DNA from: Halobacteriota archaeon
GTDB taxonomy: Archaea > Halobacteriota > Halobacteria > Halobacteriales > Halobacteriaceae
Assembly: GCA_051744605.1 (NCBI GenBank)
Contig: JBNJDE010000001.1
Coordinates: 1,580 to 65,579, forward strand
DNA length: 64,000 bases
Reading direction: 5' to 3'
A model generated the notes under the pieces. That model worked only from the letters and a program-made list of their open reading frames with translations. It ran no database searches and was not told the DNA's origin. A program made the position numbers and the translations under genes. Numbering within the stretch: position 1 is the first letter of the stretch; every line of letters starts with the position of its first letter. Positions 45,506 through 55,222 of this stretch are shown here, piece after piece.

Positions 45506-46609
45506 TTACTTCTCCGCTGGCGTCTCCTCTCCCTCGAGTTCCTTGTCCAGCTCCTCGATGACCTCTTCGGCGGACTTGAGCCCTTCCTGTGCCACGTTCG
45601 GACTGATCTCGCTGTCCACCTCGAACTTCCCAATCATCTCGTCGATGTTGTCGAGACCGAGCAGTTCCCGCGTGTCCTCGTCGAACTCAAGGCTGTCGAG
45701 GACGGTCATCTCCTGGGCCACGTCACCGTCGGTGAGGTGTTTGCCGTACCGACCGACCAACGAGGAGAGTTCCTGCGGGATGATGAAGGTCGTCGATTCG
45801 CCTTCCCCGATGGCCTCCAGCGTCTCCATGCCCTTCTCGATGATTGCCCGTTCGCCCATCGACTCGGCCGATCTGGCACGGAGCACCGTCGAGATTGCGT
45901 CACCCTGGGCTTCGAGGATCTGCGATTCTTTCTCCCCCTGGGCCCGGATGATGTCCGAACGCTTCTGGCCCTCTGCCTTCTCGATGGCGCTCTGGCGTTC
46001 TCCCTGCGCTTCGAGGATCATCGCCCGGCGACGACGCTCCGCAGAGGTCTGCTGCTCCATCGCCTGCTGGACCTCTCGAGACGGGTTGACCTCCCGGACC
46101 TCGACGGACTCCACGCGGATGCCCCACTCGTCGGTGGGTTCGTCGAGTTCCTCACGGATGCGAGAGTTGATCTCCTGGCGCTTGTTGAGCGTGTCGTCGA
46201 GTTCCATGTCGCCGATAACGGCACGTAACGTGGTCTGCGCGAGATTGGAGACGGCTCGCTTGTAATCGTCGACCTCGAGGAACGCACGCTTCGCGTCCAT
46301 CACGCGGATGTAGACCACGGCGTCCGCGGTGACCGGCGAGTTGTCCCGCGTGATCGCCTCCTGTTGGGGTACGTCGATCGTCTGGGTCCGCATATCGAAC
46401 GTGTACCGCCTGGAGACGAACGGCGGCACGAAGCTGATACCCGGTTCGAGCAATCCGCGGTACTCGCCGAACACCGTCAGTGCGTCCTTCTCGTAGGCGT
46501 CGACGATGGCGACGGCCGAATAGACGGCCACGATCAGCAGGGCCAGCACCAGCAGTCCCGCGAAGGTGATCGATGAACCGGTCGGGAGTGCCTGGAGGAT
46601 TGCTATCAT
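45506..46609 (-). CDS. SPFH/band 7 (stomatin-like) protein
   Basis: N-terminal TM, QEAITRDN, QTTLRAVIG, WGIRVESVEV, AERRRRA…AQG repeats. Confidence 0.93.
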   Translation of the reverse strand: MIAILQALPTGSSITFAGLLVLALLIVAVYSAVAIVDAYEKDALTVFGEYRGLLEPGISFVPPFVSRRYTFDMRTQTIDVPQQEAITRDNSPVTADAVVYIRVMDAKRAFLEVDDYKRAVSNLAQTTLRAVIGDMELDDTLNKRQEINSRIREELDEPTDEWGIRVESVEVREVNPSREVQQAMEQQTSAERRRRAMILEAQGERQSAIEKAEGQKRSDIIRAQGEKESQILEAQGDAISTVLRARSAESMGERAIIEKGMETLEAIGEGESTTFIIPQELSSLVGRYGKHLTDGDVAQEMTVLDSLEFDEDTRELLGLDNIDEMIGKFEVDSEISPNVAQEGLKSAEEVIEELDKELEGEETPAEK

Positions 46610-46660
46610 ACCTGAAGCCTTCGTTCCCCACCCGAATAACAGTTGGTGTCCCAGCGGGCA

Positions 46661-47188
46661 CTACGCCTGTTCGCTCTCCTCTCGTTCTCGTTGCTGAGCG
46701 AGTTCGCGATCGATCTCGTCGATCTCCGAGAGCTGTTCGACGGTGATGACGTTGCCGCCACCCGGGTCGATGACCACGATCTCGGCGTCGACGGGGATCT
46801 CCCCCTCGAGGCTCCGAGCCGCGTACGTCGAGTCGAATCCGCCCCGTTCGAGCTTCACGCGACCCGACCGTTCGGTCACCCGCTCGACGACGTGCCCGCG
46901 TTCACCACGAAGGTCGTCCGAACTCCTCGTCTGCCCGGTGTCCGTCCCCTGATAGAGGTTGAGGCGGCGGTAGACGACGAGGGCTGCCCCGCCGGTGATG
47001 GTCACGAGCAATGCCAGGACGAGTGGACTCGCCAGCGATGGCACGAGCAACCCGATCAACCCGGCCGCCATGAGGGCGACCCCGAGCACGATCAGGTGCG
47101 CACCGGGCGCGAGCGCCTCCATGATGGCGATCACGATGCCGGCGCTGAAGAGGAGCAGCGAGAGCGATTGACCGAGGACTTCGACCAT
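46661..47188 (-). CDS. NfeD family protein (short form, OB-fold C-terminus)
   Basis: EALAPG TM hairpin and C-terminal G.RG.V…GRVK…VVIDPGGGNVITV; directly upstream of the SPFH gene. Confidence 0.85.
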   Translation of the reverse strand: MVEVLGQSLSLLLFSAGIVIAIMEALAPGAHLIVLGVALMAAGLIGLLVPSLASPLVLALLVTITGGAALVVYRRLNLYQGTDTGQTRSSDDLRGERGHVVERVTERSGRVKLERGGFDSTYAARSLEGEIPVDAEIVVIDPGGGNVITVEQLSEIDEIDRELAQQREREESEQA

Positions 47189-47219
47189 GCAGATGCTTGG
47201 CACTGCACGGCAAAAACCG

Positions 47220-47390
47220 TTACCCGAGTCCGAGCAACGTCGCGAAGACGTACAGCGCCGCCAGCACGCCGAGCAGCACGAAGATGGCGTTCTCGAGTGA
47301 CGGCGACCCCTTCTCGACCGGCGGCAGCTCGTACTCGTCCACGACGCCGTCCGGGCCGACGTCGTCGAGATCGTACTTCCAGTCGCTCAT
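47220..47390 (-). CDS. Small single-TM membrane protein
   Basis: MSDWKYDLDDVGPDG…ENAIFVLLGVLAALYVF, 56 aa. Confidence 0.65.
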   Translation of the reverse strand: MSDWKYDLDDVGPDGVVDEYELPPVEKGSPSLENAIFVLLGVLAALYVFATLLGLG

Positions 47391-47421
47391 CGACGGGAGT
47401 TGGTGGCGGGCGGGCAAAAGC

Positions 47422-49164
47422 TCACTGGCCGGTGACCGCGCCAGCGAAGACGACCCCGCGTTCCCCGTCGATCGTCACCGTCCTCCCGTCGGCGACCGAG
47501 GGGAGTTCGGCACCGCTCACCATCGGCACGCCCATCTCGCGGGCGATCATCGCGGCGTACCCGGTCATCCCGGACTTCGCGCTCACGATGCCGGCCAGTT
47601 TGGAGACGTCGCCGTCGAACTCCTCGTCGAAGTCGTGGTCGAGCACGGCGATGGCACCGGCCGGGACCGCGGAGAGGTCACCGTCGGCCAATCTGGCGAC
47701 GGGACCGGCGACCCGTCCGCCGACGACCGCCCGGCCGACCGCGAGCGTCTCCGCGGCGACGTGCACCTTGAGCGTATTCGCGGTGTCCTCGCCGTCGAGT
47801 TCGGTCATCATCCCTGACATCACGACCACCGTGTCGCCGCTCTCGACGATGCCGGCCTCGACGCTCGCCTGGACGGACCGGTCGATGACGGAGGTGGCCG
47901 ATCCACCCTCGATCGTCGCCAGCTGTGCGTTCACCCCCCAGACGAGTCCCATCTGTCGGCGGACGTCGTCCCGGGGCGTCGTCGCCACGACCGGGACGCC
48001 GGGGCGGAACTTGGCGACCTTCCGGGCGGTGTAGCCCGACTCGCTCGCCACGACCACGGCGCTCGCGTCGATGTCCCTCGCGAGATACCGGGCCGACCGC
48101 GCCACGGCCTCGGTCCGCGATTCGTCCTCCGCGGGCGGCACGCGCTGGTCCTGCAGTTCGTCGTATTCGGGACTCGATTCGATCTCTCGGACGATGCGGT
48201 CCATCGCCCGGACGACCTTGACCGGGTGATCGCCGACGGCGGTCTCCGCGGAGAGCATCACCGCGTCGGTGCCGTCGAGGACGGCGTTGGCGACGTCCGA
48301 GGCTTCGGCGCGCGTCGGTCGGCCACGGTGGACCATCGAATCGAGCATCTCGGTCGCCGTGATGACGGGGGTGCCGGTCGCCTGGGCCCCCCTGATGATC
48401 CGTTTCTGGATGAGCGGGACGTCCTCCATCGGGAGCTCGACACCGAGGTCACCCCTGGCAACCATGACTCCCTGTGAGGCCTCGATGATCGCATCCCGGT
48501 TCTCGACCGCGCCGGCCCGCTCTATCTTCGCGACGACCGGGATGTCGGCGCCCAGCGATTCGAGGAACCCGTTGACCGCGAGGACGTCATCGGCGTCTCG
48601 CACGAAACTCGCCGCGACGAAATCCACGTCCTTCTCGGCAGCCAGTTCGAGGTCCGCCCGGTCCTTCTGGGTGACGACGTCGAGGTCGAGGGCCACCCCG
48701 GGCACGTTGACCCCTTTGTGACTCGTCAGTTCGCCGCCGACGTCGACCGTCGCGACGACGCGCTCTCCGTCGACCCGTTCGACCGTCGTCTCGATCCGAC
48801 CGTCGTCGACGAGCACCCGGTCCCCGGGTTCGACCGTCGCGATACTCGTCGACAGCCCGATCCGTTCGTCAGTTACCGCTTCGCCCGGTTCGAAGTGGAC
48901 CGTCTCGCCCGCCTGGAGGGTGACGGGGGCTTCGGTCTCGCCGGTCCGGATCTCCGGTCCCTGCAGATCCATCATCACTGCGAGCGGGTTCTCCGTCACC
49001 TCGTCGACCCGCTGTGCGCGGTCGATCAGGGTCGCCCGGTCCTCGCGAGTTCCGTGGCTGGCGTTGATGCGCGCCACCGTCATCCCGGCGTCTGCGAGGT
49101 CCCGGATGGCGTCGACGGTGTTCGACGCCGGCCCCAGTGTGCAGACCACTTTCGCGTTTCGCAT
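47422..49164 (-). CDS. pyk: Pyruvate kinase with C-terminal PEP-utiliser swivel-like domain
   Basis: KVVCTLGPAS, DLQGPEIRTG, AKIE, MVARGDLGVE, TEMLDSM, DGTDAVMLS. Confidence 0.96.
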   Translation of the reverse strand: MRNAKVVCTLGPASNTVDAIRDLADAGMTVARINASHGTREDRATLIDRAQRVDEVTENPLAVMMDLQGPEIRTGETEAPVTLQAGETVHFEPGEAVTDERIGLSTSIATVEPGDRVLVDDGRIETTVERVDGERVVATVDVGGELTSHKGVNVPGVALDLDVVTQKDRADLELAAEKDVDFVAASFVRDADDVLAVNGFLESLGADIPVVAKIERAGAVENRDAIIEASQGVMVARGDLGVELPMEDVPLIQKRIIRGAQATGTPVITATEMLDSMVHRGRPTRAEASDVANAVLDGTDAVMLSAETAVGDHPVKVVRAMDRIVREIESSPEYDELQDQRVPPAEDESRTEAVARSARYLARDIDASAVVVASESGYTARKVAKFRPGVPVVATTPRDDVRRQMGLVWGVNAQLATIEGGSATSVIDRSVQASVEAGIVESGDTVVVMSGMMTELDGEDTANTLKVHVAAETLAVGRAVVGGRVAGPVARLADGDLSAVPAGAIAVLDHDFDEEFDGDVSKLAGIVSAKSGMTGYAAMIAREMGVPMVSGAELPSVADGRTVTIDGERGVVFAGAVTGQ

Positions 49165-49252
49165 ACCGCTGCTTTCGATGCCGTCACAAAAAACCCCGCC
49201 GTCGCTACCGGAGCCACCACAGTTACTACCTCCCCCGCAAATGCTCTCTCAG

Positions 49253-50443
49253 ATGCGCGAGCGCCGTCGGACCCTCTTCGTGACCTCGACCGCCCTCTTT
49301 TTCTCGGTGCTCGTCTGGTTCAACTACTCCGCGGTCCTCCCCTTCGTCGTCGACGACTGGGGACTCACGGGGACCGAGGCGGGGGTCATCTTCGGGGCGT
49401 TCCAGGCGGGCTATCTCGTGGCCATCCTTCCGGCAGGGTGGCTCTCGGATCGGTACTCCCCGCGCTGGATCATCGCGGTCGGTGCCACGGGAACGGCCGT
49501 CCCGAGTCTCGCGTTCGCGGCCATCGCCGACGGCTACCTGATCGGTGTCGTCCTCCGGTTCCTCTCGGGGCTGTTCGTCGCCGGGGTCTACGTCCCCGGG
49601 ATGCGCTTTCTCACGGACTGGTTTCCACCGGCGGTCCGCGGGCGGGCGCTCGGTCTCTACATCGGGACGTTCTCCGTCGGGAGCGGACTCTCTTTCGTGT
49701 TCTCGACCGTGGCGGCATCCGCGCTCGACTGGCGGGTCGCCATCGGCGTGACGAGCGTTGGGGCGCTGTTCGTCGCACCACTCGTGTTGGGATTGACCCG
49801 TGACCCGCCCGAGCGGGACCGAACGGCTCCGGCCGGGTTCTCGCTCTCGGTGCTCGCCAATCGGGAGTACCGCTGGTCGGTGAGCATCTACGCCTGGCAC
49901 AACTGGGAACTGTTCGGGGTTCGCAACTGGCTCCTGGCGTTCCTGGTGGCCGCTCCGGCCTTCGCGGCGACCGGTTCGACGGTTCTGCCGGGCATCATCG
50001 TCGGTGCCATGATCGTCATGAGTGGCGTGGGGAACGTCGTCGGCGGGTACTCGAGCGACCGCGTGGGGCGGACGCGGACCATCGCCGTCGCCCTGGGCGC
50101 GAGCGCGCTGGTGAGCGCGTCCATCGGTTTCCTCGGCGACCTCCCGGTCGCGATACTGGCCGGTGTCGTCTTGCTGTACGGCGTCGTCCTGGCGATGGAC
50201 TCGGCGCCGACCTCCACGCTCGTGACGGAGGTCGTCGAGGACGAGGTCGTGGGGACGGCCCTCTCTATCCAGTCGCTCGTCGGCTTCTCGACGACGGTCG
50301 TCTCGCCGGTCGTCTTCGGCCTCGCTCTCGACCGGGCGGGGTACGCGGTGGCGTTCTCGACGATGGCCGCCGGCGCGCTCCTCGGGCTCCTGTCGGTCGG
50401 GGGGCTCGTGCGATTGCGCCGAAAACGAGCTGCGTCCGCGTGA
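49253..50443 (+). CDS. MFS transporter
   Basis: About 12 TM helices; GWLSDRY and GYSSDRVGR motif A copies. Start may instead be 49241. Confidence 0.9.
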   Translation: MRERRRTLFVTSTALFFSVLVWFNYSAVLPFVVDDWGLTGTEAGVIFGAFQAGYLVAILPAGWLSDRYSPRWIIAVGATGTAVPSLAFAAIADGYLIGVVLRFLSGLFVAGVYVPGMRFLTDWFPPAVRGRALGLYIGTFSVGSGLSFVFSTVAASALDWRVAIGVTSVGALFVAPLVLGLTRDPPERDRTAPAGFSLSVLANREYRWSVSIYAWHNWELFGVRNWLLAFLVAAPAFAATGSTVLPGIIVGAMIVMSGVGNVVGGYSSDRVGRTRTIAVALGASALVSASIGFLGDLPVAILAGVVLLYGVVLAMDSAPTSTLVTEVVEDEVVGTALSIQSLVGFSTTVVSPVVFGLALDRAGYAVAFSTMAAGALLGLLSVGGLVRLRRKRAASA

Positions 50444-50467
50444 CGACCGGAGGGATGCGCCGGGCGA

Positions 50468-52594
50468 CTACCGGATCTTCGTTCCCGGCTCGGCGTCGTC
50501 GTGGGTAGTCAACAGATCGGCTTCCTCGCCGGCCGCGAGGATCATCCCGTTTGACTCCACACCGAACAGTTCGGCCTTCTCCAGGTTCGCCAGGAGGACG
50601 ATGCGCGTTCCCGGGAGGGCCTCGACGTCGTGGAGTTGCCTGATGCCCGCGACGACCTGGCGTTCCTCGACGCCGATGTCGACCTCGAGTCGGACCAGTT
50701 TGTCCGCGCCCTCGATCGGTTCGGCCGCGAGTATCTCGCCGACGCGGATGTCGAGTTCCTGGAACTCCTCGAAGGAGATGCGTTCGTCTGCGATGGGTTC
50801 GAGTTCGGTCATTGGTTCGCTCTCGTCCTCGTCCGTGGTATCGGTTTCGACATCGTCGCCAGCGGTCGAATCGCTTGCACCCTCGGCCGCCGCGGCGTCC
50901 GCTTCGGCGACGCGTTCGGCCAGCTGCTCGTTCAGTTCATCGACGGTGTCGTCTTCGATCTTCTCGAAGAGCTCGGTGGGCTCGTCGAAGGTCTCGGGTG
51001 GTGCCTCGAGACAGGCCTCGATGCGCTGGTCGTGGATGGAGCCGTCTTCTTCGAGTTGCGACCAGACGGTCTCGGCCTTCTCGGGGGTGAACGGCGCGAG
51101 CAACACGGCGATGGCCTTCACCAGCTGGACCGTATCGCGGATGACCCGTGCGGCCCGGGCTGGGTCGTCGTCGGTGAGCTTCCAGGGCTCGTTGCGCTGG
51201 ATGTACTCGTTGCCGAACCGTGCCAGGTCGATGGCGGCGTCGCCGGCCCGTCGCAGCGAGTAGTCGTTGAGCGCGTCCTGGAACTCGGCCATCGCGTCTC
51301 GAATGGCGTCTTCGACCTCCTCGGAGACGTCGGCGTCGGGCGTTCCATCGTAGTTCCGGGTGGCGAAGAGCAACGCCCGGTAGACGAAGTTGCCCACGTC
51401 GTCGGCGAGTTCGGTGTTGACCCGTTCCTGGAATCGCTCCCAGGTGAAATCGACGTCCCGCTCGAAGCTCCCGGCGGTCGAGAGGTAGTAGCGGAGCAGG
51501 TCGGTCGAGAAACCGGTGTCGAGGTAGTCGTCGGCCCAGATGGCCCGGTTGCGACTGGTCGAGAACGCTCGCCCCTCCAGGTTGACGAATCCACTGGCCA
51601 TCACGGCCCGGGGTTCGGCGTAGTCGGCGCCGTGCAGCATGGCCGGCCAGAAGACGGTGTGATGCTGGATGATGTCCCGGCCGATGACGTGGACGATTTC
51701 CCCGCCGCCGGAATCGTCGTCGCGCCAGACCGCCTCCCAGTCGTACTCCTCGGCACCCACGCGCTCCGTGTACTGCTTCGTCGAGGAGATGTACTCGATG
51801 GGCGCGTCGACCCAGACGTAGAGGACGAGGTCGTCGGCCTCCTCGTCGTCGCCCGGATAGTCGATGCCCCAGTCGAGGTCGCGGGTGATACACCAGTCCT
51901 GGAGTTCGCCCTCGATCCACTCCCGTGGCTGGTTCTGCGCGTTCGAGGTGCCTCCCAGGCGGTCGATGAACGCTTGGAGGTACTCCTGGAAGTCGGAGAC
52001 CCGGAAGAACTTGTGCTCGCGGGTGCGGTACTCCGCCGGATTCCCGGTGAGCGTACTCTTCGGATCTTCTATCTCGCCAGGTTCGAGATGTCGGCCACAG
52101 CCCTCGTCGCACTCGTCGCCACGGGCAGTCTCGCCACAGTAGGGACAGGTGCCGACCACGTACCGGTCGGGGAGTGGTTGATCGTCGATGGGGTCCCAGG
52201 CGACCTCGATCTCCTTCTCGTAGATGTGCCCGCGGTCGTCCAGGGTCCGGACGATGTCGCGGGTGATGGCCGTGTTCGTCTCGTCGTGGGTGTTCCCGTA
52301 GTTGTCGAACTCGATGTCGAACTTCGGGAAGGTCTCCTCGTAGGTCTCGTGCCACTCGAGGGCGAACTCCTCGGGGGAGACGCCCGCCTGTTCGGCGTTG
52401 ACGGCGATGGGCGTGCCGTGCATGTCCGATCCGGAGACGAAGGCCGTCTGCTGGCCGATGGTCTCCAGTGCGCGCGAGAGGATGTCGCCGCTCACGTAGG
52501 TCCGCAGGTGGCCGACGTGCAGGTCCCCGTTGGCGTACGGGAGTCCACACGTCACCACCGCCGGCGATTCCGTTGGGAAGTCCTCGTGGCTCAT
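50468..52594 (-). CDS. metG: Methionyl-tRNA synthetase
   Basis: GLPYANGDLHVGH (HIGH), zinc knuckle CPYC … GDEC, YVWVDAPI, C-terminal tRNA-binding domain. ATG at 52594. Confidence 0.97.
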   Translation of the reverse strand: MSHEDFPTESPAVVTCGLPYANGDLHVGHLRTYVSGDILSRALETIGQQTAFVSGSDMHGTPIAVNAEQAGVSPEEFALEWHETYEETFPKFDIEFDNYGNTHDETNTAITRDIVRTLDDRGHIYEKEIEVAWDPIDDQPLPDRYVVGTCPYCGETARGDECDEGCGRHLEPGEIEDPKSTLTGNPAEYRTREHKFFRVSDFQEYLQAFIDRLGGTSNAQNQPREWIEGELQDWCITRDLDWGIDYPGDDEEADDLVLYVWVDAPIEYISSTKQYTERVGAEEYDWEAVWRDDDSGGGEIVHVIGRDIIQHHTVFWPAMLHGADYAEPRAVMASGFVNLEGRAFSTSRNRAIWADDYLDTGFSTDLLRYYLSTAGSFERDVDFTWERFQERVNTELADDVGNFVYRALLFATRNYDGTPDADVSEEVEDAIRDAMAEFQDALNDYSLRRAGDAAIDLARFGNEYIQRNEPWKLTDDDPARAARVIRDTVQLVKAIAVLLAPFTPEKAETVWSQLEEDGSIHDQRIEACLEAPPETFDEPTELFEKIEDDTVDELNEQLAERVAEADAAAAEGASDSTAGDDVETDTTDEDESEPMTELEPIADERISFEEFQELDIRVGEILAAEPIEGADKLVRLEVDIGVEERQVVAGIRQLHDVEALPGTRIVLLANLEKAELFGVESNGMILAAGEEADLLTTHDDAEPGTKIR

Positions 52595-52756
52595 GGTGTT
52601 CGGTGCCGCCTCCGAGCGGATAACGCTCGCGATTTCTGTGTTCGCATGGGTGGTGTGATGGGTTCGACACGCCGGGACCGGCCTGCCGAGTGGTACGCGA
52701 TGGCGTACTCCCCGCCCAGCCAAAAGAATTCCCTTCACTCGCCCGGGGCCGTTCGG

Positions 52757-53434
52757 TTAGTCGAGGACCTCGACGCCGCCGAAGAGGGTCAATCCGGTGA
52801 TGACGAGTTGCGTCTGCCCACCGCCCGTCCGGGGACGATTGTCCTCGCTGGCCCCGAAGAGCGTCAGGGTCTCCATCGAAACGGTCCAGTCCTCCGGAAC
52901 CCTGACCTCGAGTCCGCCGAACAGGGAGAGCGCTTCGATGACCGCGGGTGGCGATTCGACGGCCGCGTCGCGGAGATCTATCTCCGAGCCGCCGAAGATG
53001 GAGACCACGGTTCCACCGACGAAGGTCTCCGCCGTCACCCGCCGCTGACTGCCACCGAAGACGGCCACCATGGAGAGGTCGTCGGCACTGCTCTCCTCGA
53101 GGTGCAAGCGACGTCGCCGGGACCGACCGACGAGGACGAGCACACCGAAGAGGACGACGAACAGCGGCCACCAGGTCCCGATCTGTGCGTCCGAGACGAG
53201 GCCGAGGTTCCGCAACTGGAAGATGCCGGCGACGGCGACGATCATGACCGGCCCGGTCACGTTACGGCCCCCACTTTTCACGATGGCCCAGAGACCGAGC
53301 AACACGAAGAGGAGGGGCACCCACGACCACAACGAGGCGGTCGGGAGGGCGTCCGTCGTCGAGGCGAGCAGGAGGAGACCAAACAGGACGATGAGGAGCC
53401 CACTAACGAAGCGGCCTGTAGTACGACTGACCAT
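52757..53434 (-). CDS. LiaF-like membrane protein (N-terminal TMs plus beta-helical cell-wall-response domain)
   Basis: Four TM helices, then VFGG…SIFGGSEIDL…SLFGG…TLFG repeats. ATG at 53434. Confidence 0.75.
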   Translation of the reverse strand: MVSRTTGRFVSGLLIVLFGLLLLASTTDALPTASLWSWVPLLFVLLGLWAIVKSGGRNVTGPVMIVAVAGIFQLRNLGLVSDAQIGTWWPLFVVLFGVLVLVGRSRRRRLHLEESSADDLSMVAVFGGSQRRVTAETFVGGTVVSIFGGSEIDLRDAAVESPPAVIEALSLFGGLEVRVPEDWTVSMETLTLFGASEDNRPRTGGGQTQLVITGLTLFGGVEVLD

Positions 53435-53471
53435 ATAGCGAAGACGGCCGCCTGAATGAAAAATGGTATGT

Positions 53472-54038
53472 TCAGATGACGAACAAGGTGCCCTCGATGA
53501 CGCCGATGGTGACGAGGAGTCTGCCAACGCTCCCCGCGAACGCGGCGGCGGCGAACTTCACGTAGTCGTCTTCCAGGATGGAGAAGGCGTACAGCGAGAG
53601 GGTATCGGGGAAGAAGGGCACCGACAGTCCCATGGCCATTCCGACGTACCCCCATCGCTTGACGAGGGCGACCATCTGTTTCTGGGACCACTCTTTCGGT
53701 CGCAGTCCCAGGCGGCGCAACGACCTGATGACGACGCCGGAGCGGGACGCGTTGTGGCCGATGGCCAGGGCGAAGACGCTCCCGAGGGCCTTGCCAAGCC
53801 CACTCACCACGATGACCAACACGACCTGCAGTTCGACGGGGAACCCGAGCGCGAGCGTGTTCCCCGAGCAGACGTAGCCGACCGGACAGAGGACCACCTC
53901 GCTCGGGAGTGGGAGGATAAAGGAGATGAGGACGGAGTACACGAAGATGAGGAACACGCCGCTCCAGCCACTGGCCGTTCGAATCGCGGCTTCGAACGGA
54001 TCGAACCCCAGTGACTCGATGACGAGGACCAGGCTCAC
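53472..54038 (-). CDS. YqaA/DedA (VTT domain) membrane protein
   Basis: ILPLPSE, GKALGS, SVPFFPD, AFAGSVGR. Confidence 0.8.
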   Translation of the reverse strand: MSLVLVIESLGFDPFEAAIRTASGWSGVFLIFVYSVLISFILPLPSEVVLCPVGYVCSGNTLALGFPVELQVVLVIVVSGLGKALGSVFALAIGHNASRSGVVIRSLRRLGLRPKEWSQKQMVALVKRWGYVGMAMGLSVPFFPDTLSLYAFSILEDDYVKFAAAAFAGSVGRLLVTIGVIEGTLFVI

Positions 54039-54099
54039 ACGCCCTCATCTGGGATGGCCGGGCAAAACAATATCGTTCTCTTCTCCGGTGTCTCCGGTC

Positions 54100-55176
54100 T
54101 CACCGAGATACCCGGTCCAGATCGGACAGGAAGGCTTCGAGCATCTCCCGCGTCACGTGTGGCATCATCACGACGCGAAGTTCGCCGGCCGCCGTCCGGG
54201 AGATCCGCCAGCCCTCCCCGGTCAACGCCTCGAAGGTCGCCCGGGGGAGGTCGACGGCCACGATCGGATGCTGAGGTTCGACGACGTCGTATCCACGCGT
54301 CACCATCGCGTCCGCGAGCCACGTCGCGAGGGTCATCCCTCGTTCGTAGTTCTCGCGGTAGCCCTCCGGCCACTGTTCGGTCAGGGCGGCGTGGGCACTC
54401 GCGACCCCGGCGCCGCTGCGCGTCCCCGTGAGACTCGCCTGTCCGGCCGTCTCGAGGTACGGGGTGTCCACGGCGAGGGCGTCCAGGACGGTCTCGTCAG
54501 TCGTGAGCAACCCGCCAGCCGGGATGGCGGCCTGCCCCATCTTGTGGGGGTCGATGGTCATCGTGTCGATCGCAGCGTCGCCGAAGTTCCACGCTTCGTC
54601 GGTGAACGGGAGGACGAAGCCGCCCCAGGCGGCGTCGACGTGGAACCGGGCGGCGGCGTCGTGGGCGACGTCGGCGAGCGTCGGAATCGGGTCCACGCGG
54701 CCGTACTCCGTCGTCCCGGCGACCCCGACGACCAGGACGGTGTCGTCGTCGACCAGTTCGGTCACGGCGTCGACGTCTGCGCGGTAGTCGTCGTCGACCG
54801 GTGCCAGACGGAGGTCGACGTCGAGGATGTCGGCCGCCTTCTGGAAGGAGAAGTGGACGCTCTCGGGGCCGACGACGTTCGGGTCGTCGGTGCTGGAAAG
54901 ATTTCTGGCGGCACGCACGGCCTGGATGTTGGCTTCGGTCCCGCCGGTCGTGACGTATCCCTTCGGGTCGCGCGCTTCGACCAGCTCGCCGAGGCGGGTG
55001 ATGACCTCGCGCTCCAGGCGGGCGATGCCCGGGTAGGTCTCGGGATCGCCGGGATTCGTCGCGAGAAACCGCATCGCGGCGTCGCGTGCCTCGGGGATGG
55101 GCTCGGTACACATCGAGGAGAGCACACGTTCGAACGACTGGGGCTCGGGACGGGCGCCCATCTGGGGGGCGGTCAT
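54100..55176 (-). CDS. mfnA: PLP-dependent L-tyrosine/L-aspartate decarboxylase
   Basis: [34 protein letters not shown] (PLP Lys), GTRSG. Confidence 0.92.
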   Translation of the reverse strand: MTAPQMGARPEPQSFERVLSSMCTEPIPEARDAAMRFLATNPGDPETYPGIARLEREVITRLGELVEARDPKGYVTTGGTEANIQAVRAARNLSSTDDPNVVGPESVHFSFQKAADILDVDLRLAPVDDDYRADVDAVTELVDDDTVLVVGVAGTTEYGRVDPIPTLADVAHDAAARFHVDAAWGGFVLPFTDEAWNFGDAAIDTMTIDPHKMGQAAIPAGGLLTTDETVLDALAVDTPYLETAGQASLTGTRSGAGVASAHAALTEQWPEGYRENYERGMTLATWLADAMVTRGYDVVEPQHPIVAVDLPRATFEALTGEGWRISRTAAGELRVVMMPHVTREMLEAFLSDLDRVSR

Positions 55177-55222
55177 ACCGGGAAAATGCAGTTCGTCTCG
55201 TTTAGCGATTGTGTTTGCGCGG

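Noticed and set aside
52655-52675. GGTTCGA T-loop-like sequence upstream of metG
   Set aside because: I could not build an acceptor stem, D-arm or anticodon arm around it, so it is not called a tRNA.
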